Positions 25,504 to 36,829 of a stretch of DNA of 64,000 bases are shown here, piece after piece (position 1 is the stretch's first letter; the number at the start of each line of letters is the position of its first letter). This stretch comes from Phoronis australis (taxonomy: Eukaryota > Animalia > Phoronida). A program made the position numbers and the translations under genes. The notes under the pieces were generated by a model. The model worked only from the letters and a program-made list of their open reading frames with translations, was not told where the DNA came from and ran no database searches. The stretch lies in the NCBI GenBank assembly GCA_002633005.1, contig NMRA01000202.1, positions 353,516 to 417,515 of the forward strand, in the 5' to 3' direction.

Positions 25504-27000
25504 AGGAGAATGCCTTTAGTCTTTTTTACCGTCTTTATCGGTCTATAATCCACATCGCCTCTTATACGGTCGACCTCATCCTGTCGAGAAGTGTAGCGTT
25601 AACCTGTGAGGAAGGTGAAAAACGACGCAGCGACGTCAATGGTTCGTCTGCAGAGTGAATGCCGCTATATTGCGGTGCATCGTTCCCGCTTGTCCGAACC
25701 ACATGTATGAAACTGCGAAGAAAGCGGGTATATCGTTTTTTCGACTTCCTCGAGAGCTCGAAATGCTTAGGAAGTGGCTCGCCGTTGTGAAGAATGAAAG
25801 GTACACCGTTAACATCAAGTATGCCGTGAAACATCTCCGTGTCTGTGGCCGGAATTTCGTGGACAGTGATTTCTCTGACGAATTCCGGCTTACCAAAGAA
25901 CTATCCATACGTTCCGTTGCCTGTGCATGTTCACGGCACCTCTCTAGTATTTCTTGATCAGTGTATTCCGGTTCGAACTGGTGGCCTGTGAAACCTAACG
26001 ATCCTACCCGTGAAGTCTTCGTCGGATGAGCTCTTGACTAAGTCAAGATTGGCGCTGGGCGAATTGCCATGTAGACATTTGTTATTCTGCGTTCTGTTTC
26101 AAATGAATTATTCTCATCCTAACCAATGCATTTGATGCCGGCAATAAAGGTAATTGACCGGGCACCCGAGGCCGTGTGAGCGCATGCTAATTCAGTGTTT
26201 GCTGACAAAAAGCTGTTGTGAAAAAATACTCGATTTTATATGCTATTGTCACATGTTAGGGGAATCTTTATTTAGAAATACAAATGTGTTATTCCAATCA
26301 TTGTTACTGCACAACCTTTGCCCTAACGGTCTGTGGAAGGGGAAACCCGACTTCGCGGCCCCCTACAAGTAAGTAGAATTTCAGTTTCGTGGCTAATTCA
26401 CATAAATAATTACGTGCACATTATTTGTTTGGCTCACTATTATAGTGTTTTCGTGACTGAAGGTTTAGTTTTCAACTCAATCTGGTTTATGTTCGTGCCA
26501 GTCCTGGCGGCCGCGACGGGCCTGATCGGGTTCCGAGACACTGACCGGGATAACGAGTCAGTCCTGCCGCAACTGGCCTGATCAGGTTCCGAGCCACTGG
26601 CCAGGATAATAAGCATTTTGTGTGTTTAGAACTCAAAAAGTCTAAACAACACAGATCTAGGTTCTCCTGTCTGTATTTCAGGGAAGAATATTTCGAATTT
26701 ATCTCCGAATAGACCCCAAACTCCTGCTATGGACCTTAGTAAATTGGCCAGCCGAACTTTGTAGGCTACGGTGTTTCCAAATACCAATAAACCCGTAATA
26801 GCGAAATAAAACAACACATTTTATAAGAACTCGGTGTATTTTTAAGGGTTTTCCATCGAAGTTTGATGATTTATTGGTGTTAAACGATGAATTCAAGCGA
26901 TAGGCTGACACCAGTAACTCGTGTTGTGAACTGCTGAACAGACTGCGTGTGAAACCAATGACGTACAAAACAGGTTGTTTTTTTTGGGTGGCATTCTCCT
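25504..27000 (+). mobile_element. Kolobok-like non-autonomous element, family A copy 1, nested in the Sola-like relic
   Basis: TTAA|AGGAGAATGCC ... GGCATTCTCCT|TTAA (perfect 11-bp TIR, TTAA TSD). Carries a THAP ORF. TTAA-AGGRR ends are characteristic of Kolobok/T2 elements. Confidence 0.88.
25655..25957 (+). pseudogene. THAP zinc-finger domain ORF (truncated transposase N-terminus)
   Basis: CIVPAC...SFFRLP...RKWL...LRVCGRNFVDSDF. The THAP pattern is present, but the Zn-binding His of CxxHF is Asn here (His, CGRHF, in copy 2). Confidence 0.75.
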
Positions 27001-27271
27001 TTAATGGGCTTGTCTCTGTGGGCCTTTTATCTTCTGTTTATTAGACGTATTCAAGGCCCAATGGGTTCAATGTACAATCACAACAATTAAAGTTACAATA
27101 TCAATGACCATCTCCAACAAAATCAATGGTTAATGATACTAACCTATGTCAGGGTTTTTCATTAAACTTTTTAAATTTGTTGACATTGCGACTGCTGTAG
27201 GATGTTTTTGTATATCTGTTGGAATGCATCATCAAAATTTTGAACCAGTACTTACAGTATACATTCAACAC

Positions 27272-28166
27272 GATTATTACATGGCAAATTAGTCATCCCC
27301 TGTAATCTAGAGCCCAAGTGGATTTTGTAAAATTATCGCTGAGGGGTATTAGCCCTGAGGGCGGTAATTCTACAAAATCCACTGGAGCTCTAGATAAGGG
27401 GGATGTTGACTGAGAACATGTAATAATCTATTTATACCACAAACTTAGCTATAAACATTGCAGCGAATCGATCAACCTTTCTCGGCTCAACTCAGATTTG
27501 TAACTATTTTCTATGCCAGAGTTCTAGGGTCGGAGGTCGTGACCTTTGAAAAAATATTGTTCAAACAATTTTTGGGAATTAGTTTGAGATATCTTTAAAT
27601 AGTTTCCAAGGTGTTATTTTTCATAAGACCTGAGTGGTCCGCCATTACCAAGGACATTTAGTTGGTTTTCATCTTTTTCAAATTTTGAATCATACCCCAA
27701 GCTTTACAGTTATTAAAACACAATTTAGTATTCTTTGTATTTTTATGGGCATTTCTTCAAAATCTCAGGAATCCATTGCTAATTTGCGTAAGTAACAAAT
27801 TGATATCAGTTTTGTTGAAATAAGTGGTCTGAATTTAGTATTTTTAGGGTAAATGGGTTTATGTTAGTTTTTAAGTACATAATACTGGTCCATCAAAAAT
27901 GGGATTATAGTAGCTGATTAATCTATGTAATTTCTCAGGGAACACACTTTTAATGTATAGCAGGGCTCAATACTAACCATAGTATCACCTGGCCAAATGC
28001 GACCTGCAGAATTGCTGGTTCACCAATTGGAAACTAAGGTCACCAAACCTTTGCGGCATGAGCCGAAAATAAAATAATTATCGAGATGACTGAAGGGCGA
28101 TAATTCTCCAAAATCCACTTGGGTTCTAGATAACGGGGGATAACGACTTCGCCATGTAATAATCTA
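27272..28166. repeat. Hairpin-headed repeat with A-A'...A' terminal structure
   Basis: ~155-bp palindrome at 27272-27430. A further inverted copy of the arm at 28091-28166 (GGGCGATAATTCTCCAAAATCCACTTGGG...GCCATGTAATAATCTA). Confidence 0.7.
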
Positions 28167-28204
28167 AATTAATCACTAGGTTTATTTTAGTTTTTCTTAG
28201 ATCA

Positions 28205-28945
28205 CTGAGGCTTTTTCGCACATTTTCCGCCGAAATCGAGTGAAAATATGCTTTTTGTTAGTAGCGTGCTTGAGTTTTTCCTTTTTAAGTGTGGCTTTTT
28301 TGAACATTTTCCGCCGAGATCGAGTAAGAATGTGCTCCTTGTTAGTAGCGTACTTAAGTTTTTCCTTGTAAACTGCGTTTTTTTTGCACATTTTTCGCCG
28401 AGATCGAGTAAAAATTTGCGCTTTTTAGTAGAGTACTTGAGTTTTTCCTTGTTAACTGCGGCTATTTTGCTCAGTTTTCGCCGAGATCGAGTAAAAATGT
28501 GCTCTTTGTTAGTAGCGGGCTCGAGTTTTTCCTTGTTAACTGCGCCTTTTTGAACATTTTTCGTCGAGATCGAGTAATAATGTGCTCTTTGTTAGTTGCG
28601 TACTTGAGTTTTCCCTTGTTAATTGCGGCTTTTTTGCACATTTTTCGTCGAGATCGAGTAAAAATGTGCTCTTTGTTATTAGCGTACTTTAGTTTTAATT
28701 TCCTTTGTTAACTACGTCTCTTTTGCTGAGATCGAGTGAATATGTCTTTTTTGTCAGTAGGCTTTGTTTGGCTTACTTTTGTCGTCTGCGGCTTTTTTGC
28801 ACATTTTTCGGCAAGATCGTGTAAATATTGCTTCTTGTCAGTAATTTCCTTGGTTAACTGCAGCTTTTGTACGTTTTTTCGCCAAGATCATGTAAAAATG
28901 TACATTTTGTAGCTTACTTTACTTGTTCCTTTGTTAACTGTTTTT
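28205..28945. repeat. Minisatellite, ~84-bp unit, about 9 decaying copies
   Basis: GCACATTTTTCGCCGAGATCGAGTAAAAATGTGCTCTTTGTTAGTAGCGTACTTGAGTTTTTCCTTGTTAACTGCGGCTTTTTT iterated. Confidence 0.9.
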
Positions 28946-30121
28946 ACACTTGGTAAAAATGTACGTTTTGAGGCATTTTGTAAATGTTACAGAAAACTCA
29001 GTGAATATCACTTATGAAACACTGACTATATTTGTACACGAAATAAAAGGATGTATAGAGTAAAGAATTGAATTGTAGTATGCATAAGTCACCTTTGCAC
29101 TTGTCTAATATGACAAATCCTAAAGCATCTTCCCTTGACTGGCCTTCCTTTCTCTTACGTCAGTAGGAATGTGTAAAACATACGTTTTTTTGGATGGAAT
29201 TTCATTTTTTAAGAAATATGAAATGTAAGTAAAAGTCTATATTTGAAGGTCTCACAGCTGAATGGTTCATAGATGTTGCACTAGAAACCTGCTGATTGTT
29301 TTGGAAATTAGCCTTTAAAGTCAAACTTGCAGGTTAATTCCTTATCCCTGTGATTGATTTACCAAATTAGTTAAAAACACAAGATATAAAAACGATGTGT
29401 ACATGAAGTATTTTGAAAAAAGCGAAATGTGTTTAAGAATGAGATTTGTGTCGAAAAGTGATTCGCTGTAAATCAGTCAACCATGTCCAGCACGTATCGT
29501 GACATGGTGTTGGTGAGTACCAATGCATGATGCGGGCTACATGTGTATAAGCATAGTTAAGAGTATGCAAATACATTATTAATAACAAGAGTATATGCCA
29601 AGTGACATATGTATAACCAGGTAAAACAAGTCAACTGCAATTCAGAATTCAGGACTAAAAAGGCAGATCATATCAATCATCGATATATCACACGATTTAT
29701 TCTGTAAGAATCCATTTATCAAGGGAATACTTTATGTGACCAATGCAAATATTTATCACCCCACCCTATGGTCACCTTCAGGATGGGAACTTGTGAAATC
29801 ATAACGAAGCCTGATCAAAGGCAGTTGACAACCGGGGAGCCTATAGAGACCCCACTCATAGGCAACCTTAGAGTAGCGCTCCTCACAAGGGAACCATTCA
29901 ACAGTTTTTAAGCGAGGTGCACTATACTATTATAAGGGCTTGCCTACAGTTGAGGTCCCTATATTATTATTATTTATTGTAGTGACATAAGGGTTCCAGT
30001 GAATACAATCTCAGACAGAATATTCACCACACCCCCCAGCCTCAAAGGGCTTACTCAGTCACCTAAAACCCATAAAATAAAACCATAACATAATATTGAC
30101 ATTTTATGAGAACATACATGT

Positions 30122-30350
30122 AAGGTCCCCGCTCTTCGGCTGCCTTCTGGCCTGAAGAGCGGGATTCTCTATATTAATATAACGGGGCCCCGCTTGAAGG
30201 GGTATGATGAGCGGGGCCATCCATATTAATATAGAAGACCACACTCTTCGTACCCTTCTGGCGGAGCCCTATATAATAATAAAGAGGGCCCCCCTCGAAG
30301 GGTCCGAAAAGCGGGGTAATCTATATTAATCTAGGTGGCCCCACTTTTGA
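30122..30350. repeat. Right subterminal array (about 5 units) of the same palindromic repeat
   Basis: CCCCGCTCTTCGG, GAAGAGCGGGG and CTATATTAATATA units, inverted relative to the left terminus. Confidence 0.85.
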
Positions 30351-30597
30351 GCCCCAAAATTCAATTTCTTGCCCATGTCATTTTAATAAGAATAAGTCAC
30401 TTTAAAGAATAAGCTGCTTTCTCATCTGAGCAAGGTGCAAGAAAATGGCGCAGTGAACAAGTATTTCTTTACTTGAAGGCATCTTTATAACGGGTAAAGA
30501 AAACGTAATATCTGCAGTGTACATGAGAGTTTGACTTTTAAAACACAAAAATCATAATCCTCCAAACAAGTTCTCTCCACTTAATAGCCGGATTTAA

Positions 30598-31558
30598 ACA
30601 GTACACACCATGGATTTTTGCACATTTCGAATTACCGGTGGCCACAGACTAAATATATGACGTAAAATTCAGCCAAATCCATGATTATTTTGTGTCATTA
30701 GCTCGAAATTTTGATTTTTCTTTCAATTTTGCCACTTTTCACATTTTCCGCCATGTGACATCATGGGTTGAACACAAGAGATCAGCGACTAGCATTGAAC
30801 AACGGCGGAGAGTAGGGAATTTGAAAGCGACAACGATTATGAGCAAGAAATGAACAAATACTATGAAGAAACGTACGAGAATGGTGGCCAGGATGACGAA
30901 ATGGGGTTGCACGAAAGCGAGAACGATTTTGATATGTTTTCAGCTGCGTACTTTTCTACTTTGAGGCCTTACGAACTGGATCCTCCCGCGAGAGAAGCGG
31001 CCTCGGGCTCGGCCAGTCAACCCAGTCATCCAACAGACGATCCTGAATAAAGAGCCGATGTTTCTGAATAGTAAATATTGTCCTTTATTGAACCAGGCCT
31101 TCATCGTAACATCTCCTCTGATTGGAGTCGAAACACGACTCCTCAAAGTGGGCAGAACACAGAGTGGCCCCGGACAGAATCGCTTGGTCCACGCTGAGGT
31201 CCCACACTCTCGTTCGGCGCACGAAGCGATGCCACTACTGCGCAACTTTGGCGTCCTTCGGAACACCGAGACGTTCTCCGTTTGACTGCTGTTGTTGCAG
31301 CCTCCGCAAACACATCTTTTCATCCCTCTACGAACCTTCTCGACGTTAAATGTACTTTACTTTCACTTCACTCTATACACTTAGTTGCTGATCCGAACAG
31401 TGTGCGAACGACTTGGGTTAAACCCATGACGTTGTACATAATTACTATTTTTCAATTTTTACGTGTTTCTTTATGAGCTGTGCACTAAAGGCACTGAAAT
31501 CAAGTAAGATATAATAATAAAATTTATTTTGAGGTACTAGAGTCATGTTGCGTACACT
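30598..31558 (-). mobile_element. Kolobok-like non-autonomous element, family B, with a frameshifted THAP ORF
   Basis: TTAA at 30594-30597 and 31559-31562. Imperfect TIR (ACAGTACACACCATG vs AGTGTACGCAACATG). Minus strand reads MKRCVCGGCNN...VSVF, then after a frameshift WHRFVRRTR...LCSAHFEESCF. Internal inverted GACATCATGGGTTGAAC / GTTAAACCCATGACGT. Confidence 0.7.
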
Positions 31559-31629
31559 TTAAGAGGGGAGGGAGAGCGGCAGGGCATCTTCCCCTACAGA
31601 AACGACTAAAAACGTTCTAAAGGTAAGTA

Positions 31630-33791
31630 TGGGCAACGAAAAGGTTCAAAATAGACAAGTGGGTGTCGAACGAACAAGTTAGTTTTCAAACTGACCGGTT
31701 ATTTCGTTCAGTTTTGGCAAACACATCGGGTTATTTAGTTAATTTTCGACAAACAGACAGGATATGTTCGTGATGACTCGGAACGTTTCATCCCCACAAA
31801 ACTACAAGACCAAAAAACTGAATTCCCTGCATAAATCCTAAAATCAAAAAACTTCTTAGAAAAAGAGACAAGCTCTTTTGCAGCTCAAAACATACTAGAA
31901 ATGAAACACGCAGAGAAAACTTCTTGAATCTCGGGAAACTAGTCCAACAAGAAACTCGCAAAGCCTACTGGAATTACATCAACAACATAATTACACCTTC
32001 CCAAAGTAATAATCCAATGCCTGTCTCTTTGCCGATAATGCAGTCCTCTATAGACCTATTGCTTCCCCCATGATTGCCAAATACTTCAACAAGACTTAGA
32101 CTCCCTAGCCTCTTGTGAAAAATCCTGGAAAACGGACTTCAACGTTTCCAAATGCAATATTCTACCTGTCCACAGAAAACGCTCCCCCATAAAAAACAAT
32201 TACAGTCTTTACGACGCATCGATCAAATGCATAATCAAGCCCCATTACCTTGGGGTCAGTCTTACCAATAATTTATCATGGAACACTTACATAGACACAA
32301 TCCATCACCTCTTAGGCAAATGGAGCTCTTGGCTTCATTAAACGTAACCTCAAATATGCTCCCCGTGAAACAAAAGCCCAGGCCTACACTTCACTATTGA
32401 GGCCCAAACTTGAATATTCCTCCTCTGTTTGGGATCCCTCCACTCGCTCCAATATTAACAAGATAGAAAGAATACAGCGTAGAGCAGCCAGGTTCGTCCT
32501 AAATGACCACTCCAGATACTCCTCTGTTTCGTCTATGCTTTCCACTCTTCAAGAAAGACGCACTCAAAATAAACTGTCCCTCATGTACAAGATCGTTCAC
32601 AACCTTTTTGCCATTCCCCAAAAATACCTTCCTCCACTACATATTTCTAGATCACGTAATTCCTACCCTCATACCTTTGAGAGAACATACATTCGCACTG
32701 CATACTGCGCAAACTCTTTCTTCCCATCTGCTACTTTACTCTGGAATAGACTCCTGCAACTTGCCATCTCATCAGAAACAATGGAGATGTTCACATCAAC
32801 CTTACTCAGTAAACAATAAAACTTGTTTTATCCTGGCACTAACCCGCACTTTGTTTTGTTGTTATTTTCACTGCTATGCACAGTTCATTTTATCACTAAC
32901 ATGCGCTAACATTAAAAGGGTCGGTATTTCGATCGTTTATTGCAAACTGGAAGAACGTTATTAGCGAACGAGCAAGTTAGCTGCGCTGAACAAACAGGTT
33001 ACTTGTCGAACGAACCATATGATGTCAGTTCTAACAGACAGGTTAGTCGTCGAATGAACATGTTGGTACTGCCAAACAGACGTAGTAGTCGAATAAACAG
33101 GACAAAGGGCGCCGTCCAACTCAAGAAATAGTTGACGTCACGAAGTCATCGAATATCATGAGCCCCGTAATGAGCACAGCCGATCCACAAAGTTCTTTTT
33201 GGTGGTAAGCAGTGAAAAAGATCCTTTATAGGACTGTTCTTAATTTCTCATCGACCATTCTTAAAATAAACTTACGTAATTGCGATGCATTTGCTTGTTG
33301 AAATCAAGCTGCTGATTAAAAGCAAGTAGTAGAATTGTTTACGACCACACACGTTAACATACCTTAAAAGCTTGGTTCGGCCACCCCGCAAATTAATTGT
33401 CATTCCATAATTTGAAGTTAAACTGTTCATATTATATATAATGCAATCAAGTCTGATCCGGTTTGTTACTTTGCGATTACATTTTAATTGGTTATCCTCT
33501 TTTTTAACAAAATTTGAAGTTTACGAGGTGCTGTATTCGGTGTACAATCGCAAAGTTAGTTTTGCATATATACAACATTTTTCGTTTCAATCACTTGCCA
33601 AGAGAACTTACTTGTCTGACAGTATGCACTTGTTTATCCGACAGAATCTGGAAAGTTGTCTTGTCAGTTTGGAAAACTGCAGCATTTGTTTATTTAACGA
33701 ATCGCTTGTCTGTTTAGAAAACTACTTATTTATTTGTCATACCACTTGTTTATTTGGCAGTGTTGTTTATTTTGAACCTTTTCGCTGCCCA
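31630..33791. mobile_element. TA-flanked TIR element with internal short repeats, interrupted by a LINE
   Basis: TA|TGGGCAACGAAAAGGTTCAAAATA ... TATTTTGAACCTTTTCGCTGCCCA|TA. CGAACGAACAAGTTAG-like repeats occur on both sides of the LINE insert. Confidence 0.7.
31775..32960 (+). mobile_element. 3' fragment of a non-LTR retrotransposon (CR1/L2-like ORF2 C-terminus)
   Basis: FNVSKC, YLGVSLTNNLSWNTYID, LGFIKRNL, RPKLEYSSSVWDP...KIERIQRRAARFV...LMYKIVHN...NSFFPSATLLWNRL, with frameshifts and internal deletions. Confidence 0.88.
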
Positions 33792-34049
33792 TAGGTGAGG
33801 CGTGTACTTTCCTCGGAAAAGAGTGGTTGTCTCCCAGTTGTGCCATATATTGAAAAACTGGACACATATTGTACACAGCTTATTTGCGGCTAACCGTAAA
33901 AACATCAGTTTGCGGTAAAAGAAATGTAACCTTGTCAGTAATAGGCAGCAATACAACAGATTCTCTAGATTTTTGTGAACCGACCGAGGTGACGTAAAAG
34001 CATCCGACAAAATAGCTCAAAGAAAAACAATATTTTGTGCCTTCTGAGC

Positions 34050-34445
34050 ACGGGGCAAAGCTTTTTACTCCAGATCGAACTCGAAGTTATTTTTGGAATT
34101 TTCTATTCTACTTTTGTTTCAACTTAAGATGGGTTTCTGTTACTCTATGTTCGCGTATATAACTGTCTAATCCTAGTGTGCTCTTAACGATCCCCGTCAT
34201 TAAGGCCAAAAGTTGGAGTATGGACTCGAATCTTCGAGTTCTTAGTCCAAATATCGAGGTTTTACTCGGATTTTAGGTCGAGTCTAGGGTTCATCAAATG
34301 TGAACTTTGACCAGAAAGTCGTGTGAATAAATCATAACGTATAATGATAGTTACTTATCTTGAATTGGCACAAAAGTACATGTAAAACAGAAAATGACAA
34401 AAATAATTTCGAGCTCGATTTCCAGTAGAAAGATTAGACTCCGCG
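34050..34445. mobile_element. Degenerate copy of the MITE at 49493-49893
   Basis: Shared CTTTTTACTC...AACTCGAA...TTTTCTA.TCTACTTTT...CGAG.TTTACTCG...AAAGATTAGA blocks. Confidence 0.6.
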
Positions 34446-36829
34446 CACTGTTGTGGAGTCAGCCTCTGCACTAGCTTTACTCTGAGATTCGATACAAACT
34501 GAAATGTAAAAATGTCAACCAACCTATTTCATGTACTTAACAACTTTATCCTTACTTGGTAAAGCCAAAGCATACGCCGCTTATTTTTAACTTATTTACG
34601 CGACCAGGGTTTGGGCTCCGTAAATACAAGACAGTCGCGAGGAAACCTATAAGTGTGCTTACAATGCGTTGCGATATTTCGCGAAGACTTGCACGTTCTT
34701 ACGTTTTCGTGCTTTTTAGGAACACGGCCAGTTCCTCTAGGTTCAGATTGATTTTCGAGGTACGTTTCTCACCCCGGAAATTGCTTTCGTCAATACAGCT
34801 GACACTGTTCACGGATCACTGCTTCGTGTAAAACATACTGACGCATGTTCCTCACGATAACGTGATGGTATTAGTTGTCCGCTGGAGCATACAGATCAAA
34901 GGTACATGATCAGCAAGTATAAATAATTTTCTGAGATCACTTCCAGAATAGAATCGGAGCCGGATCCCCCCGAGGTCGCAATAAAAAAATCTTCTGGCGG
35001 AGTTTTAAAATCCCACTCGACATAAGTGGCAGAATATTTTAAGCGTAATGTCACCGGCCTTAATTAGTGTGCCAGACAACTGCGAGGATTGGCTATTTGC
35101 AATAAAATCACGAAAAAAAACACCGCGAACTTTACTTTTTATAGACCTGATTAAAGCTAATGTTCAACAGATCTACCCCATTCAACAACCCTAGCAGATC
35201 TCACAAGAACTATATGCACCATTAAACCGTGTCGGTTTTGATTTTAATTTCTAATTCCCAAATCGAATGCTAACCTCGGAAGCCAATCCCTTGGAAAACG
35301 CAATGCTTTCCGCGACGTTAGGTATTTAATTTCGGAAATGTAACAGCCAAACCAGTTTCCCCAATCACATTAATCTGTTTTATGTTGGCGGATTAACGTA
35401 CGCTCAAACAGAATAGCCCAAGAGAGGAGATTGAAGATATCACATCAAGTTATTGTTATCATCAAATGCATCTCATCTGCAGTATAACAAGCGTCGTCGA
35501 GCTACAGAGCATTCAGAACACATAAGATATTTTTATAGCCTCAACTTGAAGATACAAAAATAACAGAGATATTTCGGATTTTTATGAGTCACGTGATAAT
35601 TGACACCATATGCCAAGGAGCTTCGGTTGTCTACCTGAAAATCAGCAAAACGCTCTAGTTTCGAATCATCTCGCATTTTCTATTGGTGATAGCGGTCAAC
35701 ATATACGAGTTATTACTTCTGTGTCTCAATCTGAGCACAGTTTTGCGAGAAAGTGTTACTGAATTTTGTGAAAAATACCTAATGTTACCGAATTAATGTT
35801 TTATTTGTTTTCTATCCCCTTTCACGTTGACACCACGGTGAATCATCGTTCACACAATCCAAAGCATCAAAAACGCTAGAGTTAAATGCAAATAAAATAG
35901 TTTTGCAGTAAAAGCTAGACGGTGATTCCGACCATTACTTTAATAAATCGCCCACATGGAAATTCCAGATGTTCCTACAGTTGTAGTTATTTTAAACTTA
36001 TCACTTGAGATACTCTACCCTTTACACTTACCAGTTTAGAACACAAGATGGGTTTCGTCCGTAGAAAGAAATCCTTGAAATATCAAAATTTCGTCACTCT
36101 CAGCTCTGTTCGTATTTGCCTTATACTACTGTTATTTTCCTTTTTTAAAGTGGGCTGAGTTTACGTGGTTGGTCGATTGATTGATTTATTTAACAAAAAA
36201 ATCGATACGAAAATAATACGTATAGATTATTCCTCATACACAGGAATACTACTGTCATATCCTGTCGAGAATTCATTTTATCTGGGAATGTCCCAACGAG
36301 ACCGAACTATTTGTCCATATACATGGAGTTATTTGCATCATCGCCGCACAAGCTTGTTGCCGTGTGCTTCGTCTTGTTGTTATATGAAGTCATGGGTATG
36401 CCAAGTTCGGTACCCAAGCCGGTTAAGCGACAAGACCGATCTGTGAAAGTGTTGAATAACCAGTAAAGACTTATTTCGTCATAAATAGGTTAGACTTTTC
36501 AGTTTGTGAAATATACAAGTTAAAGCTTTGAACCATTCAAAAATATCAAAAGTTTGTCGGAAACTTAGAAACAATCCATCCGGGCCGGAATGTAAAAGTT
36601 GAAACATTCCCTGAACAGTTGTGCAGCAGTGTGTCGTTTTAGCTTCGTTGAATTTCTTAGATTTCTTCGTCCGTTTTCTTGTCTTAGCTTTTGGACTGTA
36701 AGCAGTAACAGAAATATTTCCCGGTGCTGATCACAGCATTGGAAAGTAACGACGAAAACTGTGCTGATTTGCTGAGCTTGAGTAGTGCAAAAAGCAGATT
36801 TTACGCTACGACAGGCAGCGAGAGAGTTG

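Larger units (their letters stand above)
18819..30401 (+). mobile_element. ~11.6-kb decayed Sola-like (Sola3-type) DNA transposon with long TIRs, TTAA flanks and nested insertions
   Basis: Left end TGACTTATCCTTATTAAAATGACATGGGCAAGAAATTGAATTTT..GGCTCAAAAGTGGGGCC is the reverse complement of 30337-30399. TTAA at 18815-18818 and 30402-30405. Internal transposase remnant at 23630-24884. Confidence 0.75.

Noticed and set aside
28197-28711. Repetitive ORFs over the 84-bp array, and a CRISPR interpretation of it
   Set aside because: A unit length divisible by 3 produces open frames by chance. The whole unit is repeated, with no unique spacers.
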